The translations under genes were made by a program, and so were the position numbers. Positions 31,053-41,263 of a DNA stretch of 64,000 nt are shown here, one piece after another (position 1 is the first letter of the stretch; every line of letters starts with the position of its first letter). The notes below the pieces were generated by a model. The model was not told where the DNA came from. It made no database searches and saw only the letters and a program-made list of their open reading frames with translations. Origin of the DNA: Thermodesulfobacteriota bacterium (GTDB taxonomy: Bacteria > Desulfobacterota_D > UBA1144 > Nemesobacterales > JAJCZQ01); assembly GCA_965215275.1 (NCBI GenBank), contig OZ244044.1:992001-1056000 (forward strand), in the 5' to 3' direction.

Positions 31053-31978
31053 TAACCGGTCTGCTCAATTATACTTCTTGATATTTTCTCTGATTTTGCA
31101 TCATCGGATATAAGCGTGTCGGTTACAAACGAACCGACCCCGAGCCCGCGGATATCCTCTTCCTCCATCTCATCAGAGGTATCTATGACCATCAGGTCCA
31201 GAAAATCCTTATACAGATTTGCTATCTCATAAGAAGAAACTTCAAGCCCAAGCCCTTTCATCAATCTGTCTGCCGGACCCTTGACCGGCTTACCTCCGAT
31301 CAATGGACTGATCGCGACCACCTGTGCATCACATTCCACCAGGGCCTGACGTATACCTTTTACTTTCAGTATAGGACCAATGCTTATTATCGGATTGCTG
31401 GGACATATAACGATCAACCTGGAGTTCTCGATCGCTTCTATCACACCCTCGCACGGACCTGCCTCTGAAATACCTTTAATATCTATTCCCAAGACTTCGG
31501 GCTTCATCCTGTGCTTTATGTAGTATTCCTGAAAGTGCAGTTCCCCAATATCCGTTTCTATCCACGTTTCAACCGCGTCTTCGGTCATCGGCAACAGGGT
31601 AACTGTCTCCAGACCGAAAGCCTCTGCGGTCCTTGCCGTAACCTGACGCAGGGAATAACCACGGCAGAAAAGGTCTTTTTTAAATATCTGTACGGCAATA
31701 TCCTTATCGCCAAGCCGAAACCAGGTTTCAAATCCCAGTTCCGTCAGGGATTTCATACAACTGAAACTGTCATCCCTGATCCCCCAACCCTTTTCCTTGT
31801 CAACCTGGTCTGAAAGTCTGTATATGATCGTGTCAATATCGGGTGAGACCCTGTAACCGTAAACGTCTATATCATCACCGGTGTTGATCACCACGGTAAG
31901 GTCCTCTCCGGAGATAATATTGTAAAGCCCCTTTAAGAATTTCGATGCCCCCACTCCTCCACCTAAAGCAGTGATCAT
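31049..31978 (-). CDS. cofD: 2-phospho-L-lactate transferase (F420 biosynthesis)
   Basis: LGGGVGASKF, NTGDD, SPDIDT, WFRLGDKD, HFQEY, PSNPIISIGPIL, KGPAD. Confidence 0.93.
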   Translation of the reverse strand: MITALGGGVGASKFLKGLYNIISGEDLTVVINTGDDIDVYGYRVSPDIDTIIYRLSDQVDKEKGWGIRDDSFSCMKSLTELGFETWFRLGDKDIAVQIFKKDLFCRGYSLRQVTARTAEAFGLETVTLLPMTEDAVETWIETDIGELHFQEYYIKHRMKPEVLGIDIKGISEAGPCEGVIEAIENSRLIVICPSNPIISIGPILKVKGIRQALVECDAQVVAISPLIGGKPVKGPADRLMKGLGLEVSSYEIANLYKDFLDLMVIDTSDEMEEEDIRGLGVGSFVTDTLISDDAKSEKISRSIIEQTGY

Positions 31979-32156
31979 TATTTTCCTTCCGGCAATTGGA
32001 GATTTTAAGGGTCAAACTTACTTGCCTTAACGGTTAAAGTAAAGCAGCAAGGGATCTGTGAGGTTAACGCAGGGTCTTCTGTTTAACTAAGCAGAAATAA
32101 ATATGGACCTTATATCTTTATAGTTATTAACTGAGTATGAGACATTATCTATACAC

Positions 32157-32185
32157 TTGACATTCGTTCATAATATAAGTAAAGT
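32157..32185 (+). promoter_or_regulatory. Sigma70-like promoter of S8 paralog 2
   Basis: TTGACA-17 nt-TAAAGT, 8 nt before ATG 32194. Confidence 0.6.
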
Positions 32186-32193
32186 AAAAAGTT

Positions 32194-34781
32194 ATGAACA
32201 TCTTATTTAGAATAATTTCCCCCCCCCCCTTCTATCTAAGTTAGTAATTCCCTTTTTCTTTCTTCTGTGTTTTGTATCCATTGAGGCATATGGCCAGATT
32301 AATAACTGTGACACCAGTACTACCGGTTTCAATGATCCCTTATACGGCTGTCAGTGGCATCTGAAAAATACAGGACAGCTTGGGACTGTAACTACCTCTG
32401 GAGAAGATATAAACGTAGAAGGGGTCTGGGATGATAACACATTCGGTGCTGGAATTAACATAGCGGCGGTAGATGACGGTATGCAAACCGGTCACGAGGA
32501 CCTTACTGATAATGTAAATACCAGCCTGAATCATGATTATTCAGGGAACAATGACGTATACGACCCTTCAAAAGCTCGTGGAACACATGTAGCAGGCATT
32601 ATAGCAGCAGCGGGAGATAACAGCCTTGGAGTAAGAGGCGTAGCACCACAGGCAGGCATCTATAGTTATAACTTAGCTGCTAACTTCAGTAATGCTAACG
32701 CAAAAGATGCTATGATCCGTAACAGAGATATAACGGCTGTATCCATCAACAACTGGGGACCGGAAGACACGTCTGTTCTTATAGAGGCTTCATCAGAGTG
32801 GGAGGAAGGAGTGGGAATGGGTATAAGAGAATGGTTAGGTGATAAAGGGATATTTTACGTGTGGGCGACTGGAAACAGAGGTGACAACCGCGGTCAGGCT
32901 AATTTTGATGAGTATTCCAACTACTACGCAGTAACCACCGTATGTTCGGTGGATGGAGAAGGGAACAAGAGCTCTTTTTCAGAAGAGGGAGTAAATCTGT
33001 GGGTATGTGCTCCAGGTGAAGATATTACAACTACTGATAATAACAATGGATATGTTTTTGATGCGAGTGGAACGGCATATTCAGCAGCGCAGGTTGCAGG
33101 TGTGGCGGCACTGATGAGAGAGGTAAACAGTGACCTTAGCTGGAGGGACCTTAAGCTGATACTTGCAGCTTCAGCTCGTAAGAACGACGCTTCTGACACA
33201 GACTGGGAGACGGGAGCACATAAATACGGTTCTGATACAGAAAGTTATAATTATAATCCCAAGTACGGTTTTGGTGTGGTAGACGCTGAAGCGGCAGTAG
33301 GACTTGCTGAAAGCTGGGCTAGTGTTGGAGGGATGAGAGCCTCGACCATTTCCTCTGGGCCTATTAATATGGCAATCCCCGACCGCACACCTGGAGTAGA
33401 CGGAGAAGCTACTGCCATACTGACCATACCAGATACTTTTCCTTCTTTTACAGAGTTTATAGAGATAGAGATCAGTTTCACTCATCCGTTCTTTCCAGAA
33501 CTGAAAATACAGATAACCTCCCCTGACGGGACTGTGTCGCAACTTACTGAGGAACATTCAAGAGGAGCTTCACACAGCTTTGCTCACACAGACAGAACTC
33601 ATCGTTTTGGTTTAGCCAGGCACCTTGGAGAAGACCCTGCCGGAGAATGGAGTTTGAAAATATCTGACACTTCTATTGGAGATACAGGGACTTTACACTC
33701 ATGGAGCATTAGAGTCTATGGGCATAAGACCGGAAATACAGTGCCAGGCTTTGGCAGTGAGACGATAGATAATAAGGAGTATATAATAACGGGCAGTGCA
33801 ATAACAACAGAGACGCTGCCTGCTGCAACTAACGGAAATGGAACACTAACTTACAGTCTGAAACCTGCATTACCAACTGGACTGGACTTTGATAAAAACA
33901 CCAGAGTGTTAAGTGGAACACCCACTACTGCGACGAGCAGGACTATTTATACATATACAGTTACTGATACAGATAGAGATACGGATGAGTTGACGTTCAG
34001 TATCACTATATCATCTGACACGGAACCGAGCTTCAGCAGTGAGACGATAGATAATAAGGTGTACATTAACGGCATTACAGCAGTAATGGAAATACTGCCT
34101 GAAGCAACGGGAGGGAATGCTCCATTAACTTACAGTTTAAGCAGTGGTTTACCCGCTGGACTGGACTTTGATAAAAACACCAGAGTGTTAAGTGGAACAC
34201 CCAATGTTGGTAATCCAAGTTCACTTCCTATAAGTGTTACTCATACATATACAGTAACGGACGCAAATGGAGATACTGCAGATTTGACGTTCAGTATCAC
34301 TACAGAAGAAGACAGCGACCCGGACTTCAGCGGTGTGACAATTCCTGCTCGGGTGTACACGGGGGGAGAGATAACGCTTCCTGCTGCAACGGGAGGGAAT
34401 CCACCAGTTACTTACAGTATAACACCTCGTTTACCACTTGGATTGAGTTTTAACGGTAACACCAGAAAGATAAGTGGCACACCCACCCGTGCATCATCTG
34501 CTGCTACTTACATGTATACGGCAACGGACAGGAATGGAAACACGGATACATTGGATTTCATGCTCAGTGTAGAGATTTCTTCTGCTCCGCCGCCAACAAG
34601 ACCACCAACAACACGAAGACCAGGAACGTCAGGTACTGATTCAGGCGGAGGTGGAGGAGGATGTGCTGTCTCAGATCAAAACAACTTTGTTCCTGATCTG
34701 CTCGGAGCAGTGGCATGTCTGATACTTATACCTGTATCAGTAGTGCTCAGAAGGAAGAGAAGCAATCCTATAAAAACTTAG
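32194..34781 (+). CDS. S8 pseudo-protease/Ig-repeat surface protein (paralog 2), frameshifted at a C11 tract (phase-OFF or sequencing error)
   Basis: ATG 32194 hits a stop after C11 (32219-32229). The shifted frame encodes the signal peptide, DPLYGCQWHL and IAAVDDG, continuous with ORF 32481..34781. Confidence 0.85.
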
Positions 34782-34967
34782 CAACTCAGTCCTTTCAAAG
34801 AAACGTTGAGCTAACTTAGGCCCTTCCGTCAGATATGATCCTGTTAAAAACATCGTCTTTGTTCACTCAGCATAGCTGCCTGTATAATCCCCAGTATTTT
34901 ATCAAGACAGAGGTCCTTTCCTCTTGAAACTTTAAACAACTGATATAGGGTTTTATAATATACGGTC

Positions 34968-36563
34968 ATGAGTATTTCCTTTTTCAGAGAAAAATATCAG
35001 TGGGTAACTAAATTTATCCTTGTGGCGATCGTCGTGAGTTTCATTTTCAGCTTCGGATATTTCGGAGTTTCAAGTCTGCAGTCAGGAGTTCCCACAGGCA
35101 CGGCTGCCAAGGTCAACGGAGAAAAGATACCGCTGGTACGGTTTTATAATGTCAGGGACAATCTGTACAGACAGCTCGGACTCGGACGCAGTGATACAAC
35201 GCCTGAGACAAGAAACTTCCTCAACGTTACAGCACTGCAGCAACTGGTAGAGAACAAACTGCTGGCACAAAAGGCAAGAGAACTTGGTTTTTATGTTTCA
35301 GATGAAGAACTGAGCAGATCAATAATGGATGACCCGGCTTTTCAGATCAACGGGAATTTCATAGGGGCAGAAGCGTACAGAAACACCATAAGACAGGCCT
35401 TGAACATAGACCTTGGAGAGTTTGAAAAAACTTACAGAGAAGAGCTTTTGATCATGAAGCTCAGAGAACTGATCAGAAGTTCAGTAAAGATAAGCGAGGA
35501 TGAACTTTATAATATATACAAGGTCCAGAACGAGAACGTGAGCCTTTACTACGCTGAATTCAGGACCGGAGACTTCACGGACGCTGCATCCATCTCCGAT
35601 GATGAGATCAGAGAACATTATGATAAGAACAGGGAATATTATCTAACGCCTGAAAAAAGAAAAATCAAGTTCGTAAAGGTATCAAGGGAGGACTTTATAA
35701 ACAAGATCCATATAGGGGACGATGATATCAGGTCTTATTATAAATCCTACAGCGACGAATTTAAGGATGAAGACGGGAATTTGAAAAGCATAGATGAGGC
35801 AAGGCCGGAGATATCCGGCAAACTGAAGGCCAAACTGGCGGACAGGGACTACAGAAGTTTTGCACTTCTTCTTTCAAGGAACGAACGACTTAAGCCAGTT
35901 GATAAAATACTGGAGGAAAACGCACTTGGAAGTTCCATGGAGTCGGGGCTTTTTTCCATAGACCAGAATACGGAAGATATTCCACAGGATATACGCAAAC
36001 AGGCGTTCCAGCTTGGAGCCGGAGAAACCTCCTATATCAACTCTGAAGAAAATATATGGGTATTTCAACTGGCCGAGGTTAAACTCCCTGAACAGAGAAC
36101 GCTTGAAGAAGCAAGAACAGATATCGCAGGTACTTTAAGCAGGGTCAAAGGACGTAAAGCCGCAGAAGCCGCCGCAAAGGCAATGTTGAACCTGCTTACC
36201 AAATCCACAGAGTCCTATAAGGACGTGGCAGAAGGGCTGGGCGTCAGCGTTAATGAAACGGCCCCGTTCTCAAGGACCGAACCTCCAGAGGCCCTGGACG
36301 TGGAAGACCTGAAATTCGATGCTTTTTCTCTAAGTAACTCAAGACCACACGGAGAAAAAGTATATCAGAAAGAAGGTTCATACTTTGTGATCTCCCTGAA
36401 GGAGAAGTTCAATATAGCCCCCGAAGAGTTCGAAGAAGAAAAGCCTGAGATAAAAAACACCCAGCTCATACAAAGGGAAAGAGAACTGCTGAACGAATGG
36501 CTTGCCAGGCTCAGAGAAAACGCAGAAGTAATTCCAAATCCAGGTATTTTCAATTCACCTTAA
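34968..36563 (+). CDS. SurA/PpiD-like periplasmic chaperone
   Basis: N-terminal TM, AKVNGEKI, VSDEEL...DPAFQ, PEKRKI. Confidence 0.85.
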   Translation: MSISFFREKYQWVTKFILVAIVVSFIFSFGYFGVSSLQSGVPTGTAAKVNGEKIPLVRFYNVRDNLYRQLGLGRSDTTPETRNFLNVTALQQLVENKLLAQKARELGFYVSDEELSRSIMDDPAFQINGNFIGAEAYRNTIRQALNIDLGEFEKTYREELLIMKLRELIRSSVKISEDELYNIYKVQNENVSLYYAEFRTGDFTDAASISDDEIREHYDKNREYYLTPEKRKIKFVKVSREDFINKIHIGDDDIRSYYKSYSDEFKDEDGNLKSIDEARPEISGKLKAKLADRDYRSFALLLSRNERLKPVDKILEENALGSSMESGLFSIDQNTEDIPQDIRKQAFQLGAGETSYINSEENIWVFQLAEVKLPEQRTLEEARTDIAGTLSRVKGRKAAEAAAKAMLNLLTKSTESYKDVAEGLGVSVNETAPFSRTEPPEALDVEDLKFDAFSLSNSRPHGEKVYQKEGSYFVISLKEKFNIAPEEFEEEKPEIKNTQLIQRERELLNEWLARLRENAEVIPNPGIFNSP

Positions 36564-36599
36564 AACCTTTGTTATAGTCCAGCCCTGATATCATCTTTT

Positions 36600-39500
36600 G
36601 GGAACTATATAGGAAAGTTGACAAAAATGAGGGGATTACCCTGAACGGTTGACAGGCTGTATTTTACCTTTATTATTATCAGTGGGAACTGAATACCGTC
36701 AATTACAGTGAACGGGATAAAAAGAGAATGATCCGTGCGTCCTGAATATCATTGTCATTGCAGGAAAGGAAAGAAAAGGAAATTACACTTGACATTCGTT
36801 CATAATACGAAGTAAAATATCAGTGTTATGAAAAATTTCATGAAAAATTCAAACATAAAAACAAAAACACGTAGTTCCATTACCCCCCCCCCGTGTATAC
36901 CTGACCTTTCAGTCTGGTATAAGTGTTTTTTAAGAACAATGTTTAAGATAATCCCCCCCCCATCTAAGTCATTACTAACTTTAGTCTTTATTCTTCTGTT
37001 TATACTGGTAATAGCTGCAAAAGGGCAGAGCAGCCTGGAAGAAACATTATCTGAATGCAGAGGCATCAGTGCAGACACGGAAGATCCGTTATACGGATGT
37101 CAGTGGCATCTGAAGAACACGGGGCAGTTAAGTTTTTCCGGAAATAGAATAACTGCAGGAGAAGATATAAACATAGAGGGGGTGTGGAACGAAGACGTAT
37201 ACGGTACCGGAATTAACGTAGCAATAGTAAGTGACGGTATCGACCTTTCACATGAGGACCTTTCTGCAAACGTCCGTTCCGGACCGAACTATGATCTTTC
37301 TGACAGTTCATCCTTTAGTGGGACAAGAGCGGCAGGAGTAACAGCAGCAACTGGATATAACGGACTGGGAGTAAGAGGAACAGCACCTGGTGCGAGTATA
37401 TACAGTTACAGGTTATCCGGTGATATCAGTGAAGCGGACGCGGTGGTCCGTAATAAGGAAATAACAGCAGTATCGGTTAACGGCCGGGGATCTGAGGACG
37501 GAGCTTTTTTTCAGGAGGCTTCATCTTCCTGGGAAGAAGGAGTGGAACTTGGTATAAAGCAAGGGTTTTACGGTAAAGGGGTGTTTTACGTCCGGGGAGT
37601 AGGGGACGGGCATGAAAGAGGAGATCAGGCTAATTTTAATGAATATTCCAGCTATTACGGAGTAACAGCCGTCTGTTCAACGGACGGCTTTGGAAAGAAG
37701 AGTATTTTTTCAGAAGAGGGAGTAAATCTGTGGGTATGTGCACCTGGTTCTGATATTGTAACTACTGATAACAAAAACGATTACGTTGTAACTTCCGGAA
37801 CATTTCTATCAGCTTCACAGGTTGGAGGAGTGGCAGCACTGCTGAGAGAGATAAACGGGAATCTGAGCTGGAGGGATATAAAGCTTATACTTGCGGGTTC
37901 AGCACGGCAGAACGATTTTTTTGATATGAGCTGGGAGACTGGAGCTGTTAAATACGGTTCTGATACGGAAAGATATAATTCTAATCCTAAGTATGGTTTT
38001 GGCGTGGTAGACGCAGAAGCAGCTGCAGAACTTGCAAAAAGCTGGAAAGGCGTTGGAGAGATGAGGACCATTACAGCTTCTTCAGATAATGAACTGACAA
38101 TTCCTGATGGAGATGGAGAAGCGGACGGGGTCCTTGTTTCCAGACTTATGATACCGGACCTTGAAGAGGTAACATTTACGGAGTTCGTTGAAGCTGAGCT
38201 TGTTCTTTCGTGTGACTGCTTACAGGACCTTAATATACAGATAACCTCTCCTTCCGGGACAGTATCTGAACTTGTGCGGGAGGTTGTAAGGGGATCTTCG
38301 AATGAAGAAGAAAACTGCGTCAGTTACCTGAGAAGAACACATCGTTTCGGGTCGGCAAGACACCTCGGAGAAGACCCTTCCGGAGAATGGATCCTTCATA
38401 TAACTGATACTGCTTATGGAGATGAAGAAAATGAAGAAAACACCGTTACCCTGCACTCATGGAGCGTTAAGGTGTATGGACATTTTTATCAGGGATCTGG
38501 CAGTGAGATCACTCCTAAAGCTTTAACCTTCGGCGGTGCGACGATCCCAACCCAGAATTATTTTGTAGGAGAAGCAATAACACCAGTAATGCTGCCTGAG
38601 GCAACCGGGGCAAGCGACATAACATACAGTTTTAATCCTGCTTTAGCAAGAGGATTGGAATTTGATCAGGATACCCGAACTATAAGCGGAACACCAGCTA
38701 TTACTCATGTGTCAGGTCGTTTGTATTCATATGTTGCAAGAGGTGGCGGACGGATTGTAACTATACCTTTTACTATTAGAATTAGCCCTCGACGAGTGCC
38801 GACCTTCGGCAATCAGACGGTAGAAAATCAGGTTTTTGTTAATGGTTCAGCAGTAACGTTAACTCTGCCTCAGGCTACCGGAGGTAACGGAACTTTAAAT
38901 TACAGTTTAACTAATAGTATAGGTGATCCAATTAAAATTAATGGATTGGATTATAACGAAAACACCAGAACGTTAAGTGGAACGCTCAACGTTTCTCCAA
39001 GTGGATTACCTATAACTCAAACTTATACCTACAAGGTAACTGATGATGACGGTGATTCTGACAGTATTACTTTCTCTATTACTATTACTATAGAAGCGAA
39101 CTCAGAGCCGAGCTTTGGTGGTCAGTCTATCCCAAATCAGATATATATTGAAGGGACTACGGCAAACCTTCCAGTAACACTGCCTGCTGCAACGGGAGGG
39201 AATGGGACTTTAACTTACAGTTTAACCCCTTCATTACCAACTGGATTGAGCTTTGAGCCTGCTACCCGAGTGATAAGTGGAACAGCACCTGATCCTACTC
39301 CGTTTACTTTTAGAACTTTCACATATAAGGTAACGGACAGTGATGGAGATAAAGTTGAGCTGACGTTCATAATACAAATAATAAAAGACACCCAGCCAGC
39401 CTTTAATAATACGATAACAGATAAGGTGTATTATACGTTTACAGGAGTAACGGAAACGTTACCTGAGGCAGCAGAAAATAATAATCTACCTTCAACTTAC

Positions 39501-41127
39501 AGTTTAGTTCCTGCATTACCTGATGGACTGATCTTTACCCCTGCTACCAGAGAGATAACAGGAACACCAACTGCTGCAACGTCTGAGACTGATTATACGT
39601 ATACGGTTGCTGATCTAAATGGAGATACGGACGAGTTAACGTTCAGTATTACTGTAAGAGCAGAACCGAACACAATGCCGACCTTCGGAAGTGAAACTAT
39701 AGATAACAAGGTATATATAAACGGAGAAGCAGTAAATGAAACACTGCCTGAAGCAACGTCAGGGAATGCTCCATTAACTTACAGCTTAACTCCTGCCTTA
39801 CCTGCCGGATTGGATTTTACCCCTGCTACACAAGTTATAAGCGGAACACCGACTACTGCAACGTCTGAGACTGATTACACGTATACAGTAACGGACGCAG
39901 ATAATGATACAGATGAACTGGAGTTCAGTATTACAGTGGAAGAAGACAGCGAACCGGACTTCAGCGTGACGACGATAGAAGATCAGGTGTACATGGGGAG
40001 ATCAATAAGGTTGCCGGTAGCAACGGGAGGGAATGCACCGTTAGTATACAGTATAACGCCTCCCTTACCTCCTGGGTTGAGATTGGACAGAAACACAGGG
40101 ATAATAAGCGGGACGCCCGCGAGTGCGTCGTCTGAGAGGACCTACACGTACACGGTAACGGACAGGAATGGAGACATTAAAGAGTTGACCTTCAGGTTCA
40201 GTGCAGCGGCTCCGCCACCGACAGGTAGTGATTCAGGCGGAGGTGGAGGAGGATGTGCCGTATCAGAGCAAAGCAGCGTTGATGAAGATATTCCTGGAGT
40301 AATGGCATGTCTGATACTTATACCCGTGTCGGTATTGATCAGAAGGAAGGGAAGAGCTCGGATAAGGACCTGGCAATGAGGTCCTTTCAGGGACGTTCAT
40401 GAGAGAGGACCGCGTAATGGTCCTCCCATGTACCCGTCCGCTTAAGGTAAAGGCAGCGTTACCGCGCACTGGACCGTCCCTGTATTCTGATGAGACGACG
40501 GGAGAAGCAGAGGAAGGCATCAGCACGGGTGATCTTCCGGACGTTCCGTTTACTTAGGTATACCGTTCCCCGTTATAATCCCGTTGTCAGCGTTCCCGGC
40601 AAGATACCTTTACAGGGAAAGGGAGCAGGTAGATATAAAGGCAGGTACACGTCCGGGGATCAGTCCTGAAGGTCTGAAAAGGTTCCGTATCGTGTAATTC
40701 AGCCATGGGGAGGCGTTCACGGTTCCTGGAACGGGAGGAGTTCAACGTCATGGACACGCGGACTTGCCGCTTCGGGGAAAGCGGGGACCCTGACCGAAGA
40801 AGGCAGGGAAGTGATCAGGGTTATACTGACCATGCCGACCGGTCTGAGACAGATAAGGATAAGGTCAGTAAAGGAAAAATAAAAGGTAAACCTCGGGTGA
40901 AACCTGCCGCCGCTGATCATAAAGGAAAAACAACGGGCAATGGATAGATCATCAAGGATGTTTTTAAAAACGGGATAAATCCCGCATAAACGACCTGAAA
41001 AAAACAACTAAATAAGAACTGAACAAAAGGTTTAAATTGGCAGCAGGTCCTAAAGGAGATCATTTTATAAAAGAAGTTAATGATCAAAGAAAATTATGGG
41101 ACCTGTCAACTTTCCTTTATAGTTTCC
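36600..41127. mobile_element. Non-autonomous IS1595-like cassette carrying S8 paralog 3
   Basis: IRL GGGAACTATATAGGAAAGTTGACA (36600-36623) versus IRR reverse complement GGAAACTATAAAGGAAAGTTGACA (41104-41127), 22/24; flanks CATCTTTT / CATCTTTC (7/8). Confidence 0.75.
36828..40379 (+). CDS. S8 pseudo-protease/Ig-repeat surface protein (paralog 3), in frame through C10 and C9 tracts
   Basis: Same architecture as paralog 1 with more Ig-like repeats; GGGGGC + TM + RRKGR. Confidence 0.88.
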   Translation: MKNFMKNSNIKTKTRSSITPPPCIPDLSVWYKCFLRTMFKIIPPPSKSLLTLVFILLFILVIAAKGQSSLEETLSECRGISADTEDPLYGCQWHLKNTGQLSFSGNRITAGEDINIEGVWNEDVYGTGINVAIVSDGIDLSHEDLSANVRSGPNYDLSDSSSFSGTRAAGVTAATGYNGLGVRGTAPGASIYSYRLSGDISEADAVVRNKEITAVSVNGRGSEDGAFFQEASSSWEEGVELGIKQGFYGKGVFYVRGVGDGHERGDQANFNEYSSYYGVTAVCSTDGFGKKSIFSEEGVNLWVCAPGSDIVTTDNKNDYVVTSGTFLSASQVGGVAALLREINGNLSWRDIKLILAGSARQNDFFDMSWETGAVKYGSDTERYNSNPKYGFGVVDAEAAAELAKSWKGVGEMRTITASSDNELTIPDGDGEADGVLVSRLMIPDLEEVTFTEFVEAELVLSCDCLQDLNIQITSPSGTVSELVREVVRGSSNEEENCVSYLRRTHRFGSARHLGEDPSGEWILHITDTAYGDEENEENTVTLHSWSVKVYGHFYQGSGSEITPKALTFGGATIPTQNYFVGEAITPVMLPEATGASDITYSFNPALARGLEFDQDTRTISGTPAITHVSGRLYSYVARGGGRIVTIPFTIRISPRRVPTFGNQTVENQVFVNGSAVTLTLPQATGGNGTLNYSLTNSIGDPIKINGLDYNENTRTLSGTLNVSPSGLPITQTYTYKVTDDDGDSDSITFSITITIEANSEPSFGGQSIPNQIYIEGTTANLPVTLPAATGGNGTLTYSLTPSLPTGLSFEPATRVISGTAPDPTPFTFRTFTYKVTDSDGDKVELTFIIQIIKDTQPAFNNTITDKVYYTFTGVTETLPEAAENNNLPSTYSLVPALPDGLIFTPATREITGTPTAATSETDYTYTVADLNGDTDELTFSITVRAEPNTMPTFGSETIDNKVYINGEAVNETLPEATSGNAPLTYSLTPALPAGLDFTPATQVISGTPTTATSETDYTYTVTDADNDTDELEFSITVEEDSEPDFSVTTIEDQVYMGRSIRLPVATGGNAPLVYSITPPLPPGLRLDRNTGIISGTPASASSERTYTYTVTDRNGDIKELTFRFSAAAPPPTGSDSGGGGGGCAVSEQSSVDEDIPGVMACLILIPVSVLIRRKGRARIRTWQ

Positions 41128-41263
41128 CATCTTTCATATAAGATGGGAACATTAAAAAGACGGTACAGATTGACACCTTCGTAATATACATATATTATTA
41201 AGGTCAGTGGTTTCTCTAACAGAGTTCTGAGATAAAAACAGGCTTTATCTTTTAGACTTGTCC

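Noticed and set aside
17500..40379. Diversity-generating retroelement behind the S8 repeat similarity
   Set aside because: No reverse transcriptase in the window, and I saw no adenine-restricted pattern in the differences between copies.
40380..40950. ORFs 40263..40526, 40705..40947 and 40717..41007 inside the cassette
   Set aside because: No recognisable motifs; probably decayed sequence whose origin I could not assign.
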